Shown: positions 34,620 to 38,259 of the stretch, piece by piece
Layout of the letters: each line of letters begins with the position of its first letter
How positions within the stretch are numbered: position 1 is the stretch's first letter
Source: a virus
Lineage: Duplodnaviria; Caudoviricetes
Reading direction: 5' to 3' (one strand)
IMG/VR virus record: IMGVR_UViG_3300044740_000016
Location: 1-38,259 of that record
Length of the DNA: 38,259 bases
Program-made: the position numbers and the translations under genes
The notes under the pieces: generated by a model
What the model saw: only the letters and a program-made list of their open reading frames with translations
Database searches by the model: none
What the model was told of the DNA's origin: nothing

Positions 34620-34927
34620 AGGGGAGAAAGCCGACCAGCGCAGAAAAAGCGCATATGAGTTTGGTAGGCAAATTGCCCTGCATTGCCTGTGAAAAGGATG
34701 GCTACTACAACGATTATGTATCACTGCATCATGTCGACGGTCGTACTAAGCCAGGCGCACATTTTAAAGTGCTCCCACTTTGCGCGCAGCATCATCAACA
34801 TGATAGCACTGACCCAATGGGGCGTGTCGGCATCCATCCATACAAAGCGGGATTTGAATATATTTACGGCACTTCGGAGCAATTACTAGAGGAAGTCAGC
34901 GCGAAGATTGAGGGTAACGGGCAATGA
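34616..34927 (+). CDS. Ref-like HNH/zinc nuclease
   Basis: LPCIAC...LHHVDGRTKPGAHFKVLPLCAQHHQ...GIHPYKAGFE..YG. Confidence 0.8.
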   Translation: MKGRKPTSAEKAHMSLVGKLPCIACEKDGYYNDYVSLHHVDGRTKPGAHFKVLPLCAQHHQHDSTDPMGRVGIHPYKAGFEYIYGTSEQLLEEVSAKIEGNGQ

Positions 34928-35724
34928 AATATTATTCACATCATATCGGTGATTTTGACAAAGCCACGCGCCACCTCACTCGTCTTGAGCGCAGTATTTA
35001 TCGCGATTTAATCGAGCTTTATTATGACACGGAGCAACAATTACCGCTTGATATTAACTGGATTTGTCGGCGAATAATTGCTCGTTCCAACGAAGAAGTA
35101 ACAGCCGTTGAACAGGCGTTGAACGAGTTTTTTACGAAAACACCCAACGGATGGTATCACGATCGTTGCGAAGAAGAATTGGAAGCATTTAGATCATCAA
35201 CAAGTCAAAAATCTATCGCGGGAAAGGCATCTGCTGCAAAAAGAGCAATAAAACGCCAACAAGCGTTGAACGGCATTTCAACGGACGTTGAACAGACGTT
35301 GAACGAACGTGGTACGGCGTCTCAACTAACCAATAACCATAAACCATTAACCATTAACCATATAGAAAAAGAAAATAATAAAAAGAAAAAGGGAATCGTC
35401 GTTGAAGTAAATTTTTACGGTGTACCAGAAAAAATCGTCAACGATTTCAAGTCACATCGAAAATCGAAGAAAGCGCCGATTACGCAAACGGCGATTGATC
35501 GAATCAGAAAGGAAGCGGACAAGGCTGGCATTGATTTGGCCGAAGCCTTAGCGTATTGCTGCTCAAGGGGATGGGTAGGATTTGAAGCCTCTTGGATTTT
35601 GAAAGAGCAGCCGCGTGCGCGTGGTTCCCCTTATCAATCATCAAATGAAAAGGCAAAAGAGTGGGCAGAGCGCTTGACTGGGACAAAAAATGAACAACCT
35701 CAAGACATCATCGACATCAACTGA
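34924..35724 (+). CDS. Replication initiator (YdaU/DUF1376 N-terminal domain)
   Basis: MKYYSHHIGDFDKATRHLTRLERSIYRDLIELYYDTE...WYHDRCEEE, internal iterons, C-terminal RGWVGFEASW. Confidence 0.88.
   Translation: MKYYSHHIGDFDKATRHLTRLERSIYRDLIELYYDTEQQLPLDINWICRRIIARSNEEVTAVEQALNEFFTKTPNGWYHDRCEEELEAFRSSTSQKSIAGKASAAKRAIKRQQALNGISTDVEQTLNERGTASQLTNNHKPLTINHIEKENNKKKKGIVVEVNFYGVPEKIVNDFKSHRKSKKAPITQTAIDRIRKEADKAGIDLAEALAYCCSRGWVGFEASWILKEQPRARGSPYQSSNEKAKEWAERLTGTKNEQPQDIIDIN
35106..35390. repeat. Putative replication origin iterons inside the initiator gene
   Basis: CGTTGAAC at 35106, 35117, 35264, 35286 and 35297 plus an inverted TTCAACG at 35277. Followed by 7-bp AACCA-containing repeats (~35327-35362) and an A-rich tract. 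Confidence 0.75.
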
Positions 35725-36382
35725 CATCAATCCTGAGTTGAGGACTTTTGTCAAAGCACTGTTTGAGCAGATGTTGTTGGATTTTGGAAAGAAATTCACT
35801 GACCAGTGGAGTTCGGTTGACCCAGAAAAAATGGAGGAGTGGTGGTGTAGGAATTTAACCGGATTTACGCGACGGGAATTTAAGCGGGGATTGTTGGCAA
35901 TGGAAAAATTGGCATGGCCTCCAACTTTGCCGGAATTTAAAAAGCTTTGTCGCATCGATTCATTAAATGCTTATTACGAGGCTTTAGAGGGCATACAAGC
36001 CCGCGAAAAAGGTGAGGTAGGGGTATGGTCACACCCAGCGGTGTTTTGGGCAGCAATGCCACTTTCCTTCGATTTAAAGCACAAGTCCTTTACTGACATG
36101 CGTTTGCGGTGGGAAAAAGCCTTAAATGATGAATTTGATAAGGGTCAATGGGAACCCATACCGCAGCCGATGAAAATGCTCGAATACAACAGGTCGGATG
36201 ATTCAGCAGAAAAGGCGCAGGCGTTTTTAAAAAGCGTGGGAATGGAAAAGTTCGGAAAGAATAAATCCGCGTTGGAATGGGCGTATAAGATTTTGGCGAA
36301 TGAGAAAAATTATCCGGCTATGTCCGTAGTGTTTGCTAAAGAGGCAATAAGCGCCTATCAAAAGGGGAATAACAATGAGTGA
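35690..36382 (+). CDS. Replication protein P-like helicase loader
   Basis: FGKKFTDQW...WPPTLPEFKKLCR...WSHPAVFWAA. Follows the initiator. Confidence 0.75.
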   Translation: MNNLKTSSTSTDINPELRTFVKALFEQMLLDFGKKFTDQWSSVDPEKMEEWWCRNLTGFTRREFKRGLLAMEKLAWPPTLPEFKKLCRIDSLNAYYEALEGIQAREKGEVGVWSHPAVFWAAMPLSFDLKHKSFTDMRLRWEKALNDEFDKGQWEPIPQPMKMLEYNRSDDSAEKAQAFLKSVGMEKFGKNKSALEWAYKILANEKNYPAMSVVFAKEAISAYQKGNNNE

Positions 36383-36734
36383 GCATCAGATTCAGTCGGC
36401 ATTCATTGAGTGGGTACGCTTGGCAGAGAAACAAGACGAGCGCTTAGAGCTTTTATTTGCTGTACCCAACGGTGGAAAACGAAACCCAATCACTGGCTAT
36501 CTTTTGAAAAAAGAAGGGGTAAAAAAAGGGGTGCCGGACATTGTTTTGCCGGTAAAAAACTCGATTTATTGCGGATTAATGATTGAGTTTAAGGAGCCAA
36601 CCAAAGGGATTGCCTCCGGTGCGCAATTGCGTTATTCCAAGTTGGTCACGAAATATGGGTGGTATTACAAAATCTGTACCGATGCCGAGGTTGCCATTAA
36701 TGCTGTCAAACATTACTTAGCGAGTGCGAAATGA
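36375..36734 (+). CDS. VRR-NUC family nuclease
   Basis: SEHQIQ...LFAVPNGGKR...EGVKKGVPD...GLMIEFK. Confidence 0.88.
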   Translation: MSEHQIQSAFIEWVRLAEKQDERLELLFAVPNGGKRNPITGYLLKKEGVKKGVPDIVLPVKNSIYCGLMIEFKEPTKGIASGAQLRYSKLVTKYGWYYKICTDAEVAINAVKHYLASAK

Positions 36735-36964
36735 GAATATCAATGCTGATTGCTGCGGTGCTTCTAGCCATAGGAATGTGTTTGTGCGCATGGATGATTT
36801 ACGATGAAATGGCTTATAAAGCTGAGCATCATTGCATTAATGTCGGAGAGCCGCAAACCTATATTGCACCTATTTATGAACCAAGGGGACAAGTATTATC
36901 CATTTATTATGCTAATTACACCACATTTTTATATGAATGTGACAATGGAAAACAACGCTTTTAG
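36731..36964 (+). CDS. Small membrane-anchored/exported protein
   Basis: N-terminal hydrophobic helix, two Cys in the soluble part, ATGA-coupled. Confidence 0.65.
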   Translation: MRISMLIAAVLLAIGMCLCAWMIYDEMAYKAEHHCINVGEPQTYIAPIYEPRGQVLSIYYANYTTFLYECDNGKQRF

Positions 36965-36978
36965 TGGAGTTTATTACA

Positions 36979-37278
36979 ATGAAAAGTAGTGACATTCGAT
37001 TGCTTGGAAAAAGGATTTTGATAAAACCGCTGGACTTGCCAAGTCTGTCCAGTCTGATTTATGCGCCTGACCCAACACGCACGTTTTTGGGTGAGGTCAT
37101 GGCAGTGGGTGAGAAAGTTGATGTAAAAGTAGGCGACAAAATTGTGTACTGCAACGTGCAACGTTTTGAACCCTACAAGTTTGAGGAAGGAATTTGCCAT
37201 ATTATCTATGAGGCAGATGTAGGTGGAGTATTGGGAGGAGAGCAAACATGTACGACAGAATCATTGAAAACGATATAG
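36979..37278 (+). CDS. GroES/Cpn10-like co-chaperonin
   Basis: IRLLGKRILIKP...GEVMAVG..VDVKVGDKIVY...IIYEADVGGVL. GGAG SD before the ATG at 36979. Confidence 0.8.
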   Translation: MKSSDIRLLGKRILIKPLDLPSLSSLIYAPDPTRTFLGEVMAVGEKVDVKVGDKIVYCNVQRFEPYKFEEGICHIIYEADVGGVLGGEQTCTTESLKTI

Positions 37279-37415
37279 AACGTCCTAGATTAAACAAATT
37301 ACGGGAAGAAGCGGAAGAGCGCTTAATGAAAGCCAACGACGAGTTTGAACTAGCCAAAGCCAATAGCATAATTCATTACTTGCAATGGCGTTATGCACTT
37401 TTGAAAGAAGAATAG
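37248..37415 (+). CDS. Small helical protein (55 aa), not in the ORF track
   Basis: MYDRIIENDIERPRLNKLREEAEERLMKANDEFELAKANSIIHYLQWRYALLKEE. GGAGGAG SD. Confidence 0.65.
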   Translation: MYDRIIENDIERPRLNKLREEAEERLMKANDEFELAKANSIIHYLQWRYALLKEE

Positions 37416-37416
37416 C

Positions 37417-37755
37417 ATGAATGTTGATGAGTTGAAAAAATGTCCAGCCCCTTTAGTTTGCACCGAGCGACGAATCTTGCCTGAGCAGGTGAGGGAATCG
37501 CTTTATTCTGACCTGAATGACGATGAAAATTTCGTCTTCATTGTTTGGGATACCGTGATTTATCAAAATCAATATCATGCCTCCTCGCGCGCTCCTGTGG
37601 CGGAATTGGAGAAATATCTCATGGTTTATCGACCCAATGTTATTAAGCAATTCAAAGATGTGGAACATTATCTGGATAAATGCAAGGCACGTATTCATCA
37701 AGAGAAAATCGAAGAAGATGTGGTTTTAGAACCTGCTCATCAGCATGAGCATTAA
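37417..37755 (+). CDS. Hypothetical protein
   Basis: 112-aa ORF tightly packed before terS. Confidence 0.7.
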   Translation: MNVDELKKCPAPLVCTERRILPEQVRESLYSDLNDDENFVFIVWDTVIYQNQYHASSRAPVAELEKYLMVYRPNVIKQFKDVEHYLDKCKARIHQEKIEEDVVLEPAHQHEH

Positions 37756-37765
37756 AGGTGACAAA

Positions 37766-38259
37766 ATGGCAGGAAGAGAGACGGAATATAATGAAGAAGT
37801 TGCAAATTATATTTGCGAGCAGATTGCCGAATCACGAGGTTTGCGGGCCATTTTGCGTGAAGATACTCAAAAGAATTTGCCAAATTTAATCAAAACAAAA
37901 GGTGAAGAAAATTTGGCGCATTTGATTGCTATTTTAAATAAATATGGTGAATTGCCTGCGAGTTCTACCATTTTCAAATGGTTGTTATCAAATAATCAAT
38001 TCTCGGAGCAATACGCGCGAGCAAGGATTGTTCAGGCTCATGTATTAATCGATGAGATTAAGCAAATCGCTGACGATGGTCATAACGACACTTATATTGA
38101 CGATGAAGGAAAGCGTATTGTTGATTACGACATTATTCAGCGCTCTCGTCTGCGTGTTGATGCCAGGAAATGGCTAGCGACGAAGCTTGCGCCGAAAGTC
38201 TATGGCGATAAGATTGAGCAAACCTTTCAGAATCCTGACGGAACTGCAATTAAAACCAA
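37766..38259 (+). CDS. terS: Terminase small subunit, 5' part (177 aa in total on the circle)
   Basis: AAGGTG SD. MAGRETEYNEEVANYICEQIAESRGLRAIL...LPASSTIFKWL...FSEQYARAR is open to the window end and continues at the start. Confidence 0.9.
   Translation, partial: MAGRETEYNEEVANYICEQIAESRGLRAILREDTQKNLPNLIKTKGEENLAHLIAILNKYGELPASSTIFKWLLSNNQFSEQYARARIVQAHVLIDEIKQIADDGHNDTYIDDEGKRIVDYDIIQRSRLRVDARKWLATKLAPKVYGDKIEQTFQNPDGTAIKT
38074..38259 (+). repeat. Terminal direct repeat, right copy
   Basis: Matches 1..186 with one substitution. Confidence 0.97.

Larger units (their letters stand above)
1..38259. mobile_element. Complete temperate P22-like (podovirus) phage genome, excised/circular form
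   Basis: Packaging, head, tail, ejection, lysis, integration, recombination, immunity and replication genes are all present. attP is intact, the ends overlap, and there are no host housekeeping genes. Confidence 0.95.

Overview
The window is an essentially complete, circularisable genome (about 38,073 bp once the 186-bp terminal overlap is removed) of a temperate P22-like podovirus. The host is probably a Burkholderiales betaproteobacterium, inferred from the SSB and alphaCTD sequences. It carries a P22-type morphogenesis cluster (scaffold, coat, repeat-rich decoration proteins, adaptor, nozzle, collagen-like fibre, three ejection proteins, tailspike), a lysis cassette, an accessory block, an intact attP with a tRNA 3'-end core beside a tyrosine integrase and Xis, a RecT/exonuclease/SSB module, a cI/cro switch with four palindromic operators, a replication module with iterons, a GroES-like gene, and a small terminase spanning the sequence ends. 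The most unusual points are: (1) terL and portal are inverted, cut off from terS and transcribed away from the head genes; (2) the slot after terS holds an accessory block including a protein fused to an RNA polymerase alphaCTD with intact DNA-binding residues, while I recognise no Q or N antiterminator; (3) a relic AlpA/genomic-island fragment sits at the junction; (4) a roughly 550-bp cluster of structured RNA elements, including a tRNA-like kissing-loop fold, lies downstream of ssb; (5) a second Cro-like divergent module sits next to a CI with no autocleavage domain. All family assignments come from manual motif recognition and synteny, not database searches.
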